A stretch of 64,000 nt of DNA from a virus (IMGVR_UViG_3300043409_003130:1-64000); one strand, 5' to 3'; counted from the stretch's first letter, positions 47,211 through 57,768 are shown. A program made the numbers and translations. Notes: generated by a model not told the origin, from the sequence alone.

Positions 47211-50137
47211 TTTCAAATTTTATAAATTTATCAAGTTATTGTGTACTTGAATTTAGAGCAACCCCAATTGGCGATGCAAATCCACCATTATTAACTTCAC
47301 AATTTTATCTAGTTGATAATAAACACTTAGGTATTAAACAAATTTATAATACTGATGGATATTCAGCAACAACTCGCAATACTAGAAATTTTAGTCTTAT
47401 TGGACTAGGCGGATCTAAGTTAATATATAATGATATTACATTAATCCCAATGTATTCAGATTTTGATCCATTAATAACAGAAACCACTGTTTCTAGTGAA
47501 TTAAGTATTAATATGGTAATGGACACAATGCGATTTCATTTTGCATCAGGTTTTAATTTTACTGACGTTGAACATATAATTGTTGGAGCCCGTCATAAAC
47601 TTAATAATATTACTCAAATCCAATTAGCCAATATTATATTAAATGCAGTAACCACTGCCGCACTTTTTAGTTATAATACCCGACCTCTATTTTTAGCCAA
47701 TACAATATATGATAAGTATATTGATATTAAAATTCCATCAATTCCATGGCTAGATGCAGACTTTAAACAGTTTGGAGCCAGTTCATTTGAACATGCAATA
47801 ACTGGTGGTATTGGTTTCATTAAAAATGCCCCAATTACAGTATTTTTAGCAGAAGCGACCCAATCTGATTACTTTGCACCAAATAATATAACATATGAGC
47901 AATATCAAATTACTCAATATTATGAAGGTTCAGTTTCGCAAATTAATAAATTTGATACACTAGGTTGCCAAATTGCCGAGGCAGAGGACGGCGACTATAT
48001 TGAATTTTTTGCAACCTGGAATGGAGCATTTCCAGATTCATTAATTGCAACCCTAAATGAGAGTGGAGCTGATCAAGAATGGATAATATCACATCAACTG
48101 ACTATATACGAACATATTGGTTCAGATATTGTGCTATCTGGAAATTCTTTAATTTATCAAGAGTCTAATTTTGATACCCCATTAACCTATCGGCCTATAT
48201 TAAAACAGGCTGGCTTTGCGGTAGCAATGTCAATTGACTATATAATGAGATTAATCAATAAAAAAAATGGGGACCAAGTAATAAAAAGTGCCTCAATGAG
48301 TATTATTAATCCAAACCGATATGGTAAAAAATTAGAAAAAATTGAATTATTAAACGGCCCGCAGTCAATGCGAATATACAATAAAATTGAGCAAAAAAAC
48401 TTTGAGACCAATGCAATTTTTTCAGGATCAGTACCGTCAATAAGCACAAGTGCTCCAAGTACTACACTCTTAACTAATCAAATTACGTTATTAACCTCTC
48501 AAAGAGATACACTACAGGCCCTATATACTAGTGCCCAAATTCCAATTACGTCGGTTATTAAACAGATAAGTATTCAATTAAGTAGCGGTAATGCACTATC
48601 CCCAATTGGTGAACAGCTTATTTATGGACAAGGTCGAGCGGTGTTAGTAATTGATCCAGTTGATAATTTAATAAAATTAACACTTTATAAAAAAGAAACT
48701 CTAGGTACCTCAATACTAAGTTTAGCCCCAATAAATTTAGTGGCTGGATTTAATAGCGTAACATTTAAATTAACATTCGGTACCACTAACGATTTTATAT
48801 TTTCAAATACTTCAATTGGTAACATATCTAGTTTGGCAAACGGCGAACTTTTATTTAGAATTCCAAAGGTTCAGGCTAAATTACTATTAGAGAATTCAGA
48901 GAATACGTTTATGGTAACCAAAGTTGACCCACTTGGAACCGAAACTCTTATGTATACTGGTACCTGGTTATCATCATCTGATTACCAAGCCGCAAATACC
49001 GCGGTTGATATTGCCAGAGAAAATGCCGTAACCGCTGCTGCCTTAGCCACTGCCCTTGCAACAATTAATACATTAAATCTTGAAAAGAGTTTATTAACGA
49101 CTCAGAAAAATGCAGCAATTGCACAGAAAAATACAGCAATTGCAGAGAAAAATACAGCAGTTACGGCATTTGCAACGCATATGGCAATACCGCATAATAC
49201 CGGAACTGGCGGCGGTCCGCCGCCACCGACAACTACAACAACTACGGCGCCAGCAATAGTTGAAGCAATTTCAGGATTTGGTCCACAAACCGGAAACGTT
49301 GGATCAACGGTTGCCTTAAGTGGAAATTTTAATTTTGGCAACCCTGGAACTATTAAGGTTGGAAGTACCCCAGCGGTAATTAGCCTGCTACGTCCAAATG
49401 ATAATGCGATTAACTTCACTATTCCAGCTGGTGTAAATATTGGAACAGGTAATCTGTCAGGTACTCCAAATTTAATATATTATACTGGTTCAAATGGAAG
49501 TGTTAGCACAAGTGCAGGTCCATTTACTGTAACTGAACCTGCTAATACAACTACAACGGTTCACTATCATGTATATGTAGGTAATAGAACTGGATCAGCT
49601 GGTGCATATACCTATGCTGACTGGCCAATGGACAGTCCGACTACAATGTTCTATTACAACATGTTTGAAATACAAACGGAAATAATGGTTAATGGAGTTG
49701 GACAAGGATTTAGCAATCCAAGTACACAAAAGGTATTTATGAGGTCTCCAGCTAGTACATATTCAGGGTTAACCCAGCTTCAAATAACTGGACCAAATCC
49801 AGCGGCTGCAGTATATGTAAACGGTCTATCATATGATAGTGGATGGGTTAGCGGAACCTTTACCATGCTTAAAACTGATAGATTTAAAATAATTAGAAGC
49901 TCTAGTACAAGTAACAATGCCACAAGCATATCAGATTCGGTTTGGTTAACTGATGATCAGATCTATCGTAGAAATTACACAAGCGGCCAATTTGGATATA
50001 GTGCTCCATATAACATTGGATTAGGAAACGGGCTTCCATATAGTGCACAAGTTTCAAATGGATATATCTATTTTACTGAGGAGCAGTTATCTGGTAAAAC
50101 GATACATATTTGGTCTGGCGCAAAAAGCGCATATTAA
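47207..50137 (+). CDS. Large putative structural protein with IPT/TIG-like domain
   Basis: ISGFGPQTGNVGSTVALSGNF (IPT-like), [QE]KN[AT]AIA heptad repeats and a GGGPPPPTTTTTT linker. Confidence 0.55.
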   Translation: MISNFINLSSYCVLEFRATPIGDANPPLLTSQFYLVDNKHLGIKQIYNTDGYSATTRNTRNFSLIGLGGSKLIYNDITLIPMYSDFDPLITETTVSSELSINMVMDTMRFHFASGFNFTDVEHIIVGARHKLNNITQIQLANIILNAVTTAALFSYNTRPLFLANTIYDKYIDIKIPSIPWLDADFKQFGASSFEHAITGGIGFIKNAPITVFLAEATQSDYFAPNNITYEQYQITQYYEGSVSQINKFDTLGCQIAEAEDGDYIEFFATWNGAFPDSLIATLNESGADQEWIISHQLTIYEHIGSDIVLSGNSLIYQESNFDTPLTYRPILKQAGFAVAMSIDYIMRLINKKNGDQVIKSASMSIINPNRYGKKLEKIELLNGPQSMRIYNKIEQKNFETNAIFSGSVPSISTSAPSTTLLTNQITLLTSQRDTLQALYTSAQIPITSVIKQISIQLSSGNALSPIGEQLIYGQGRAVLVIDPVDNLIKLTLYKKETLGTSILSLAPINLVAGFNSVTFKLTFGTTNDFIFSNTSIGNISSLANGELLFRIPKVQAKLLLENSENTFMVTKVDPLGTETLMYTGTWLSSSDYQAANTAVDIARENAVTAAALATALATINTLNLEKSLLTTQKNAAIAQKNTAIAEKNTAVTAFATHMAIPHNTGTGGGPPPPTTTTTTAPAIVEAISGFGPQTGNVGSTVALSGNFNFGNPGTIKVGSTPAVISLLRPNDNAINFTIPAGVNIGTGNLSGTPNLIYYTGSNGSVSTSAGPFTVTEPANTTTTVHYHVYVGNRTGSAGAYTYADWPMDSPTTMFYYNMFEIQTEIMVNGVGQGFSNPSTQKVFMRSPASTYSGLTQLQITGPNPAAAVYVNGLSYDSGWVSGTFTMLKTDRFKIIRSSSTSNNATSISDSVWLTDDQIYRRNYTSGQFGYSAPYNIGLGNGLPYSAQVSNGYIYFTEEQLSGKTIHIWSGAKSAY

Positions 50138-50219
50138 AAAGCTAATTTATTATAAAAAGCCATAGATAAATAAAGTTAGAGAATATATTAAATAAATAAT
50201 AAAAAAGATAACTAGTTCA

Positions 50220-51758
50220 ATGAACAGTCTCATACAAGAATTAACAACAGAGTTAAAATCAAATACTCAAATCAAAGATAGTATTGTCGTAAAGGTAGTA
50301 TTAGAGTCAATTAATAATTCAGTACTATTAGGAGTCTCTTCTTCTGATGTATTGGAAAATGCACTTTCTACACTTGACCAGTTAGCCCAGGCTACAGTTA
50401 ATGAAAACTTAAAAGAGGTGGTTGCTAAATTTAAAAAAATGGCAGTAAAACCTACACAAAGACTTCAAAATATGGCAAAAGAGGCTGGCATATCAATAAA
50501 GATTAAGGCCTTAAAAGAGTCAGCGATGTATGGAGATCCAACTTTTAAATATACAATTTCTAAAATTGAAGAAAAGTTAGCCGGTATTCCAGAGTTTAGA
50601 CTAATTGGAGTTATTTCTGAAGCATTAACACCGTATTCATATGACAAGAATGTTGCCGATACTATTTCTGAATTAGCAAAATATGTAAATGAAAATCGTG
50701 CAAAATTAGAGGTAATCAATGCAATATTTGAAATGAGACAAACAAGTTCAATGATTTATAGCGAATCTATTGCAGAACTTGAAAATTCATTATTAGAAAA
50801 TTCATATAGTTCAGATACGCTTAAGATGAAAATGCGTGGAAAATCTACACTACCTATTGTAAATAGACTTATTAATACCTTAAGTATGGTTGAGTCTAAA
50901 TTATCAGGTAAATTTAATATTGGACTAGGAAATGGAGATGCAAAAGTTAATTCAATTATTGCTCCGTTCTGTAAAATATCAGAGTCAGAAGCAGTTGTTT
51001 TTGTAGATAATAAGTTTATTAAATTAACTGAAGAGGATAGCCCTAAGCAGGTAGAAATTTCAGACCTTGCTGAATTTCCAGAATTTGTTGAAGTTTGCGA
51101 AGCTTTTGCAGGTTTAAATTTCCAGGAGCAAGATAATTCAATTGTTACAAACGGTAGAAATTTACAAATTAAGTTCTCAATAAATGAAAATGGTAACTTA
51201 ACCCTATTTGTTAATAATAATATAGTTGAAGACTTAACTAAAATGAACTTGTCTGAATTATTTGTTATGGAACAGTTTGAAACTCGTTCTAAATTAACAA
51301 AGATATTTAATTCATTAGACACTATTGTTAATTTGGAATTTGCTAAGAAAATCGTAAATGAAAGATTAGATAAAGACTCATTGGTATTTACACTTGGAGA
51401 AACTCTTTATATCTTTGAAAAGTTAGGTCAAACCAGACTTATCAAGAAAATGGATGGTTTACAATTTCATAATTACGTAATGGAAAATTTCAAATATGAT
51501 GTTAGCGAACTATATTCAATTCAGTTAGAAGATAATGAATTTAAACTTCGTGAACTTGAAGAAGATAAAAAGATAATTGAGTCAGACTTATCTAAACTAG
51601 AATTATCAATTTCTAAATTAGAAGAAGCCTTAACCGACTCTACTTTATCTGAAGAGTATCAAACGCAATTATCTGATCTTAAAGTTTCAATTGAAAAGAA
51701 CGTAAACTCTCTTAAGAATCACTATATTCAATTAGATCAATCGAAAAAAAAAGCATAA
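50220..51758 (+). CDS. Putative prohead core/scaffold-like protein
   Basis: Acidic helical protein with many hydrophobic-x-E sites (VNEN, LKES, ISEA, LLEN, INEN, LTEE) like T4 gp21 cleavage sites. Ends in a coiled coil and an A9 run. Confidence 0.45.
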   Translation: MNSLIQELTTELKSNTQIKDSIVVKVVLESINNSVLLGVSSSDVLENALSTLDQLAQATVNENLKEVVAKFKKMAVKPTQRLQNMAKEAGISIKIKALKESAMYGDPTFKYTISKIEEKLAGIPEFRLIGVISEALTPYSYDKNVADTISELAKYVNENRAKLEVINAIFEMRQTSSMIYSESIAELENSLLENSYSSDTLKMKMRGKSTLPIVNRLINTLSMVESKLSGKFNIGLGNGDAKVNSIIAPFCKISESEAVVFVDNKFIKLTEEDSPKQVEISDLAEFPEFVEVCEAFAGLNFQEQDNSIVTNGRNLQIKFSINENGNLTLFVNNNIVEDLTKMNLSELFVMEQFETRSKLTKIFNSLDTIVNLEFAKKIVNERLDKDSLVFTLGETLYIFEKLGQTRLIKKMDGLQFHNYVMENFKYDVSELYSIQLEDNEFKLRELEEDKKIIESDLSKLELSISKLEEALTDSTLSEEYQTQLSDLKVSIEKNVNSLKNHYIQLDQSKKKA

Positions 51759-52048
51759 ACGAGGCTGAGTCGATTACACTAGTTTCTCCAAAAACTTCAA
51801 AATATAGTGTTGGAAAACGGGTTGTACTAAATGATAATACTTCAGGTACAATTATTGGAATAGATGCAGTTAGTGGAACTTATCTATTAATGACTTCAGA
51901 TAACAGGTCAATTCGGGTTAAAACCTCAGATATTGAAAGTTTAGAAAAACCCAAGGATAATGACTATCAAATATCTGGAATTAATCCAGATAAAACTGAT
52001 GAACTTTCAATTAAAGATACTCCATTTGATTTAAACCAAGACAAGTAA
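51743..52048 (+). CDS. Start-less -1 frame extension of 50220-51758 (98 aa after the A9 slippery run)
   Basis: Open frame SINEAESITLVSPKTSKYSVGKRVVLNDNTSGTIIGIDAVSGTYLLMTSDNRSIRVKTSDIE...NQDK* fills the whole 290-bp gap. Confidence 0.7.
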   Translation, partial: EKKSINEAESITLVSPKTSKYSVGKRVVLNDNTSGTIIGIDAVSGTYLLMTSDNRSIRVKTSDIESLEKPKDNDYQISGINPDKTDELSIKDTPFDLNQDK

Positions 52049-52060
52049 TTATAGTATAAT
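52033..52060 (+). promoter_or_regulatory. Candidate promoter AAAC-N15-TAGTATAAT
   Basis: Recurrent bipartite motif, 20 bp upstream of the methyltransferase ATG. Confidence 0.55.
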
Positions 52061-52080
52061 AGTCTAAACATTATAGAAAA

Positions 52081-52881
52081 ATGGCAGACGTATTATGCTC
52101 AATTGAGGAAGCTAGAGAAGCTGGAACTCTTCAAGTCTTTGAAAAAAAGACTAAATATCACGAATATAAATTTCTGGTTAGGTCAGAAGAAGAGATCAAA
52201 TTCAATGTTTCTCAAAATATCTCAATGAAGCCGACTGGTGGAGAGTATTTTAAACCATTATTTTTACCTCACTATGCACAGGACGGTAATCCATTAAGCC
52301 TGGATGATCTTAATCAAGAAGATACTTGGTTAGATGCTGGAGCCCATATTGGTATATTTGCAACCCGACTACTTACCCAATTTCCAAAAATTAAAAAAGT
52401 TTATTCATATGAGCCGTTTCATAATAATGTAGAATTTGCTCAACAGAATATTGAAATGAATGGTGTACAAGATCGTTGCGAAATTATTGAAAAGGCTGTT
52501 GTACCTGGTGACGAAACCTCAGTAGACTTTTTTCTTTCTCAAGATTCAGGTAAACACTCAGTTCATCCAGTAAAAGGTAGAAAAGTAATGACTGTGCCTG
52601 CTGAGAATATTAATGAAGTTCTTAAAAAGGTTAACTGTGTAAAGATGGATATTGAAGGTCTAGAATATGAGATGATTAAGTCAATTACTGACTGGAGTAA
52701 AATAAAATTATTTATTGTAGAATATCATTTTCATTATAGTTGGCTACTTGAAAATCGCACTCAAAAGTTTAATGAAGTAATGTCAATTATGGAAAATAAC
52801 TTTGATCGTATTTTTGTAAACCGAAATGCTGGAACAAGTAAGCATTTCATAACTCACTTTGCTGGATTTAAAAATGTGTAA
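52081..52881 (+). CDS. FkbM-family SAM-dependent methyltransferase
   Basis: WLDAGAHIGIF, YSYEP, VKMDIEGLEYEMI and IVEYH motifs. Confidence 0.9.
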   Translation: MADVLCSIEEAREAGTLQVFEKKTKYHEYKFLVRSEEEIKFNVSQNISMKPTGGEYFKPLFLPHYAQDGNPLSLDDLNQEDTWLDAGAHIGIFATRLLTQFPKIKKVYSYEPFHNNVEFAQQNIEMNGVQDRCEIIEKAVVPGDETSVDFFLSQDSGKHSVHPVKGRKVMTVPAENINEVLKKVNCVKMDIEGLEYEMIKSITDWSKIKLFIVEYHFHYSWLLENRTQKFNEVMSIMENNFDRIFVNRNAGTSKHFITHFAGFKNV

Positions 52882-53064
52882 ATGGAAGTATTAAAAGTAA
52901 TTGAAGAGGCTAGAGAAATTGTAGAGTCAATTGGTGAAACTTGCCCAGTCTATGTTGGATTTGAAAAATCTGAATATATTGTTACTGGCAAGCAGATGCA
53001 AAAAATCGCCGAGGCTCTTTATTCAGCAGACTGTGAACTTTATAATATATTAAATAAAACTTAA
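52882..53064 (+). CDS. Small hypothetical protein
   Basis: 60-aa ORF abutting the FkbM stop. Confidence 0.5.
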   Translation: MEVLKVIEEAREIVESIGETCPVYVGFEKSEYIVTGKQMQKIAEALYSADCELYNILNKT

Positions 53065-53082
53065 TTATCTAAATAGTATAAC
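53057..53082 (+). promoter_or_regulatory. Candidate promoter AAAC-N13-TAGTATAAC
   Basis: Variant of the recurrent motif, 5 bp before the ATG at 53088. Confidence 0.45.
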
Positions 53083-53087
53083 TAGAT

Positions 53088-54152
53088 ATGCAAACTACTG
53101 AATCTAAATCTTTATATGCTTATTTTGGAGAATTAGGTTTATTTAGTGGAAATATTCCAGGCCATACCTTTTATCAATTAGGTTTACTTGACTCCATTTC
53201 TGAAAAATATGGAGTTAGCCGATTTGATTTTTTAAACTATATAGATGATGCTCCGCCAGTCGATATGGTTCCAATTTTTGGAGATGGTAAATTAGGTTCA
53301 ATATTTCATACCTATAGCAAAAAATTAATTGATCATTACCGAATAGGCTTTAATCGAGTTATTTCTAATATTGAGGATAAGCGGTATTCAAAATTATTTC
53401 TAAAAGCCAGATTTCGTAATTTATCAACTCTTGAAAAAAAATTAACGGATGCTTCAAAATTTGAAAAAATTATTGAAGTTGCAATTAACTCAGGTTATGA
53501 CCCAAAAGATATTGTAGTATTAGATACTGACCTTTCACTTAGTGAATCTTTTATTGCCAGACTGGCTGAATTAGGAATCACTAGGGAAATTCCATCAATT
53601 ACAATACCTGGCATAGGCAAATCATTTTTGAAAAGTTGCATGGATCTACATCAAAAGTCAAGTGTTATTAAGCCAGCGAATCTTATATACTATGGAAATT
53701 TATCATTTGAAAATTATAAATCTGGCCACAGTAAAAATACAATTATTAATGATATTATTAATAATGTAGACCATATGACACTATTTAGCGGTGACTCTTT
53801 TAAAATGACTGTTGCTGCAAAGTCAACTCCTGAACTTGAGCAATGGATTAATTCAACTAAGTTGGTTAAGTTATGCCCTAGAGAGAACCGTAAAGATATT
53901 TGGACTGCGCTGGAAAATTCACTGGTTTCGGTAAATGTAAGTAAAGATCTCTATTTAAAAGAAGGTTTTATTCCAGCCCGGGTATACGAATCAGTTATAT
54001 TTGGAACCGTTCCAATTTCATATAAGGTTGGAAGCCAGCCTGCACTAACCTTCAATACAGTATCTGAATTTGAAGAAATTTGTAAATTTCTAAAAGACTG
54101 TTCCGGGGCTGACTATTTTAAAATACTTAGCCAAATAGCAGATTCACTTTAA
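53088..54152 (+). CDS. Putative GT-B glycosyltransferase (CgeB-like / T4 beta-glucosyltransferase-like C-domain)
   Basis: LIYYGN...SLVSVNVSKDLY...FIPARVYESVIFGTVPI parallels the 'RvwE' donor-binding segment of these GT-B enzymes. Confidence 0.55.
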   Translation: MQTTESKSLYAYFGELGLFSGNIPGHTFYQLGLLDSISEKYGVSRFDFLNYIDDAPPVDMVPIFGDGKLGSIFHTYSKKLIDHYRIGFNRVISNIEDKRYSKLFLKARFRNLSTLEKKLTDASKFEKIIEVAINSGYDPKDIVVLDTDLSLSESFIARLAELGITREIPSITIPGIGKSFLKSCMDLHQKSSVIKPANLIYYGNLSFENYKSGHSKNTIINDIINNVDHMTLFSGDSFKMTVAAKSTPELEQWINSTKLVKLCPRENRKDIWTALENSLVSVNVSKDLYLKEGFIPARVYESVIFGTVPISYKVGSQPALTFNTVSEFEEICKFLKDCSGADYFKILSQIADSL

Positions 54153-54193
54153 TTAATATTTCACTAATAAATAATAAAAAGTATTAATGATTA

Positions 54194-56551
54194 ATGAAAT
54201 TTATAACATCATCGACTGAATTTTTTGAACTTCATAATAATCCTAAATTAATTAAACTTAGGGAATCTATATTAGCAGTTCCTATTGAGAATTGGAAATA
54301 TATCAGTACTCTTAAATTTAAACAAGCTAAGGAAATTTCTAAACAAGAGGCCTGGGCCATAACTTCTCACCAAATATACCTATTAGAAAATTTTGATAGA
54401 ATTTCAGATATTAATAGAAATGAAAGCTTACTAACCAGATATGGATATAATTCAGTCTCTTTAACTCTAGAAGGAGCATATTTAGAAACGCTTGAATCAC
54501 TTGAATCTTTAAATGAAAGTTTGTTCTCTTCAGTTAAAGACTTTTTATCTATGATGACCGATGGCGGCACGCCAATGGGTGTATTACATTTTGTATTAGA
54601 TATTATTGGAATTATTCCAGGCTCATGGATTGGTTTTCCTAGTGATGTTATTGCAAACTTATTAAATGCACTAATTTATGCTTTTCAAGATAAACCAAGT
54701 TATATACTAGCTTTTTTGAATCTTGCATTTGCATTTTCTGGCCCAATTGGAGCGGGTTTTAAAACTTTATTTAAACCGTTTATGGTAGGCGGAGAAAAAT
54801 TAATTGCTTTAATATTTAAGGGTTCAAGTTCAGCAGCATTAAGGGCTGGAGTAATGGACTTTAAAGCTGGTGCACTTGCTATTGATAAAGGAGCGGCAGC
54901 CGGTATTATTCCAAAATTTGGAGACCTATTAAAAGGAGTTGGGACATTTATTATTACCACTGGCCTAAAGATAATTAAATCATTAATTTCAATTATATCT
55001 AGTGCAGTTAAATTTGTATCGGTCGGTATAATTGATTTAAAAAAACTATTACCAGTAACTAAATGGATTGATGAACTTGTTATTAAAGCAACCGCTGCTG
55101 GAAAAGCCTCAACTGAAGCTGGTGAACTTTTACTAAAACAAGATGCCCAATTAGTGGCTGGTGCTGAACGCACGGCCGCTGCTGGTTCAGCCTTATCCAA
55201 GGATGCAGCTCTTGCTTTAGGTAAAGATGCAACAGCTGCTGCCGAAATTGAAGCTAAAACATCAAAAGCCCTTGGTGATCTTGAAGGATTAAGTGCAAAG
55301 ATTGAAAATGATATTCTAAAATCTGCTGAGTATGAAGCATTTTTGCTAGCCAAGCCAGGCGAAGCAATTAAAGCACTGTATAAGAAATCTGCCACTACTG
55401 AAAAATTAATAGGCGGCGTTCTTAATACTAAATCAGCAAGTTCAATTGTAAATTTAATGAAAGAGACTAAAATATCTAGTGAACTTGTAAAAATGGGCTG
55501 GAAGCCAGGTGAAGCTGCTCTAGTTAAGGCAATCAAAACTGGAGACGCTGCTACTATTTCTAAATTATTTGGTCAAATGGCAGAAAATCCTAAAATTATG
55601 GAACAGATTCTGTTAAAGGAACCTCGGGTTGCAGCAACATTATCTATATTTAAAGAGGCACCTGAGGCCTTAATTGCTGGAACTAAAAACCTTAAGGCTA
55701 TTCAAAAAACTCTTACTAAATTAACTGGTGGCTTGGCATATCGTGGAATTACCCTAAAAGCCCTTATTGGATTTGTTTTAAAACAGTGTATGAAAGGCGA
55801 ATGTGCACAATCTATAATAAATGGAGGGCCTGATAAAATTTTATCAAATGTATCAGCCGCTGCATCTGGCGCAGCAACCTCTGCCTTAATGAGTTCAATG
55901 AATGAACTATTATCTAACGTTACAATAAATGAAGAATCTGATCCACTTTCTGAAATAAGTGCAGCTGATCTTGAAGAATTTAAAACCAATGACCCTGAGC
56001 AATATCAGATATTATCTAAGCAAATAGCTGATGCCAAATCGGCTAAGTCAAAGTTAATTAAAGAAACTAACGCTGACCCATGCCAATTGGAAAGTAACTT
56101 AGCTGAGGCTAAGACTGGTGTTGTGTTAAAGTGGCATCATGCATATCAAGAAGGAAAGGTTGTAACCAATTTAGTTACACCTGAGGATTGGGAACAATCC
56201 GGCCTAAATGAATATAGCAAATCATTTCTTACCCTAGTCGGAGAAGATTCTAATATTGATGCACAGCATCCAATATCTGCATCGGATCCTTATCATGTAG
56301 CATATTTATCAGAGATATTTGACCATAAATCTGGGTCAATATTAATTAATGAAACTGATAAGTCTAATTTAGATAAAACGCTTGAAGAATTGGTAGAGGA
56401 AGGATCATTAAATCCATCTAAAAAAGAAGAGGTTAAGAAAGAAACTCTTGATCATTGGAAAAATGGAACAGTACCAAAGTCATTTGGTCTTGATGATGTT
56501 AAGTTAGATGAATCTTTTTTTAAAATTGGAAAATTAATAACACGTAGATGA
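54194..56551 (+). CDS. Large Ala/Gly-rich helical protein with pre-toxin-TG-like segment (possible ejection protein)
   Basis: HFVLDIIGIIPG...DVIANLLNALIY motif, hydrophobic helices and LNES/INEE/LDES sites. Confidence 0.45.
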   Translation: MKFITSSTEFFELHNNPKLIKLRESILAVPIENWKYISTLKFKQAKEISKQEAWAITSHQIYLLENFDRISDINRNESLLTRYGYNSVSLTLEGAYLETLESLESLNESLFSSVKDFLSMMTDGGTPMGVLHFVLDIIGIIPGSWIGFPSDVIANLLNALIYAFQDKPSYILAFLNLAFAFSGPIGAGFKTLFKPFMVGGEKLIALIFKGSSSAALRAGVMDFKAGALAIDKGAAAGIIPKFGDLLKGVGTFIITTGLKIIKSLISIISSAVKFVSVGIIDLKKLLPVTKWIDELVIKATAAGKASTEAGELLLKQDAQLVAGAERTAAAGSALSKDAALALGKDATAAAEIEAKTSKALGDLEGLSAKIENDILKSAEYEAFLLAKPGEAIKALYKKSATTEKLIGGVLNTKSASSIVNLMKETKISSELVKMGWKPGEAALVKAIKTGDAATISKLFGQMAENPKIMEQILLKEPRVAATLSIFKEAPEALIAGTKNLKAIQKTLTKLTGGLAYRGITLKALIGFVLKQCMKGECAQSIINGGPDKILSNVSAAASGAATSALMSSMNELLSNVTINEESDPLSEISAADLEEFKTNDPEQYQILSKQIADAKSAKSKLIKETNADPCQLESNLAEAKTGVVLKWHHAYQEGKVVTNLVTPEDWEQSGLNEYSKSFLTLVGEDSNIDAQHPISASDPYHVAYLSEIFDHKSGSILINETDKSNLDKTLEELVEEGSLNPSKKEEVKKETLDHWKNGTVPKSFGLDDVKLDESFFKIGKLITRR

Positions 56552-57276
56552 TAAGACCATTTGATGAGTTTCAAGTTCATGATATTTTCTCTAAAAAAAT
56601 TGCCTTAATTGGAGAAAACCATAATATTCCTGACCTATTTAATAGTGATGCAAAGATTAGCGTACAAATTACCCCAAATGAATATTCAACACATCAAGTA
56701 TTTAATAGATTAGCCGGCTCAGACTTAATTCCAGGATTTGTAGGAGACCGATTTAAGGCTATGAAATTAAGGACACCAATTTCAGTAATTTCTCCAAACT
56801 CTACTATTCAAACTTTTCCAACATTTAGACACCTGAATAGTGCAAATTTATTAAAGGGTTCAATTTATTTTAGTAAACCAAAAATTGATACTCAAATTCA
56901 GGTTGCTACATATGAAGGGCGTATAATTGGAGCTAGAGAAATAATTGACGGCAGGCCAATTCATTTAAATATCTCTCGATATCCTGAGATTCCAATATTA
57001 TCTCAAATTTCTGAAAACTTATATTCTAAATTATCATCGGAATTTTCTAGATTTAGAATAGGTTTTACTAAATCTGGTCCAATCCTATTGGCAATGGAAA
57101 ATTTTAAATTAAAAACACCTGAGCTTGTTGATTTATATTTCCAAGCATATGAATCTAAACTTGGAAAAATCCCAAACTGGTATAGACACCAAACCTCTAA
57201 ATCATTAGTTGAAAAATATTTAAGTGAGTATATTAATAGAGAGGAGATTTCCAAGAAGTGTCCTTATCTACTTTAA
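56548..57276 (+). CDS. Hypothetical protein, possibly degenerate ATP-grasp-like
   Basis: QVATYEGRIIGARE...RIGFTKSGPILLAMEN loosely resembles an ATP-grasp C-terminus; ATGA-coupled. Confidence 0.4.
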   Translation: MIRPFDEFQVHDIFSKKIALIGENHNIPDLFNSDAKISVQITPNEYSTHQVFNRLAGSDLIPGFVGDRFKAMKLRTPISVISPNSTIQTFPTFRHLNSANLLKGSIYFSKPKIDTQIQVATYEGRIIGAREIIDGRPIHLNISRYPEIPILSQISENLYSKLSSEFSRFRIGFTKSGPILLAMENFKLKTPELVDLYFQAYESKLGKIPNWYRHQTSKSLVEKYLSEYINREEISKKCPYLL

Positions 57277-57285
57277 TAACTAACT

Positions 57286-57768
57286 ATGATTAATACATTT
57301 GAAAAGTTCGCTAATCGTGACTCTAAAAAAAAGAGAGACAGTGCAGGAATTGCAATAATTTACAATTCAAAAAATTCTAAACCTAAAATTTTATTGGTTC
57401 ATGCAACCAATGGTAGCTGGGCCAAGCCAGTTATGGGAATTCCCAAGGGTAAAATAGAGGATGGCGAATCTCCAGAAGATGCTGCAGTTAGGGAAACATA
57501 CGAGGAAATTGGCATACTGATTAAGCCTAATCAAGTAGAGCCACATACTGAAATAATTCAGGTATATTCTGGCAAAACGGTTATTAATAATATTCACTAT
57601 TTAATTTGTAATATCGATAGCCTATCTGAAATTGGCTTAACTGGTTTAACCGTGCCTAAATCACAATTACAAAGTGGCGAAATTGACTGGGCTGGGTTTA
57701 TTGATATTGAGCTAGCCTATTCTAAAATAGCAGCAGCTCAGCGAATAATTTTAGATAGATTTTCCTGA
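57286..57768 (+). CDS. Nudix hydrolase
   Basis: Nudix box GKIEDGESPEDAAVRETYEEIG. Confidence 0.92.
   Translation: MINTFEKFANRDSKKKRDSAGIAIIYNSKNSKPKILLVHATNGSWAKPVMGIPKGKIEDGESPEDAAVRETYEEIGILIKPNQVEPHTEIIQVYSGKTVINNIHYLICNIDSLSEIGLTGLTVPKSQLQSGEIDWAGFIDIELAYSKIAAAQRIILDRFS

Noticed and set aside
54700-55536. 278-aa antisense ORF, and similar ones at 50756-51322 and 5349-5693
   Set aside because: Fully nested opposite well-supported genes, with no motifs or expression signals.
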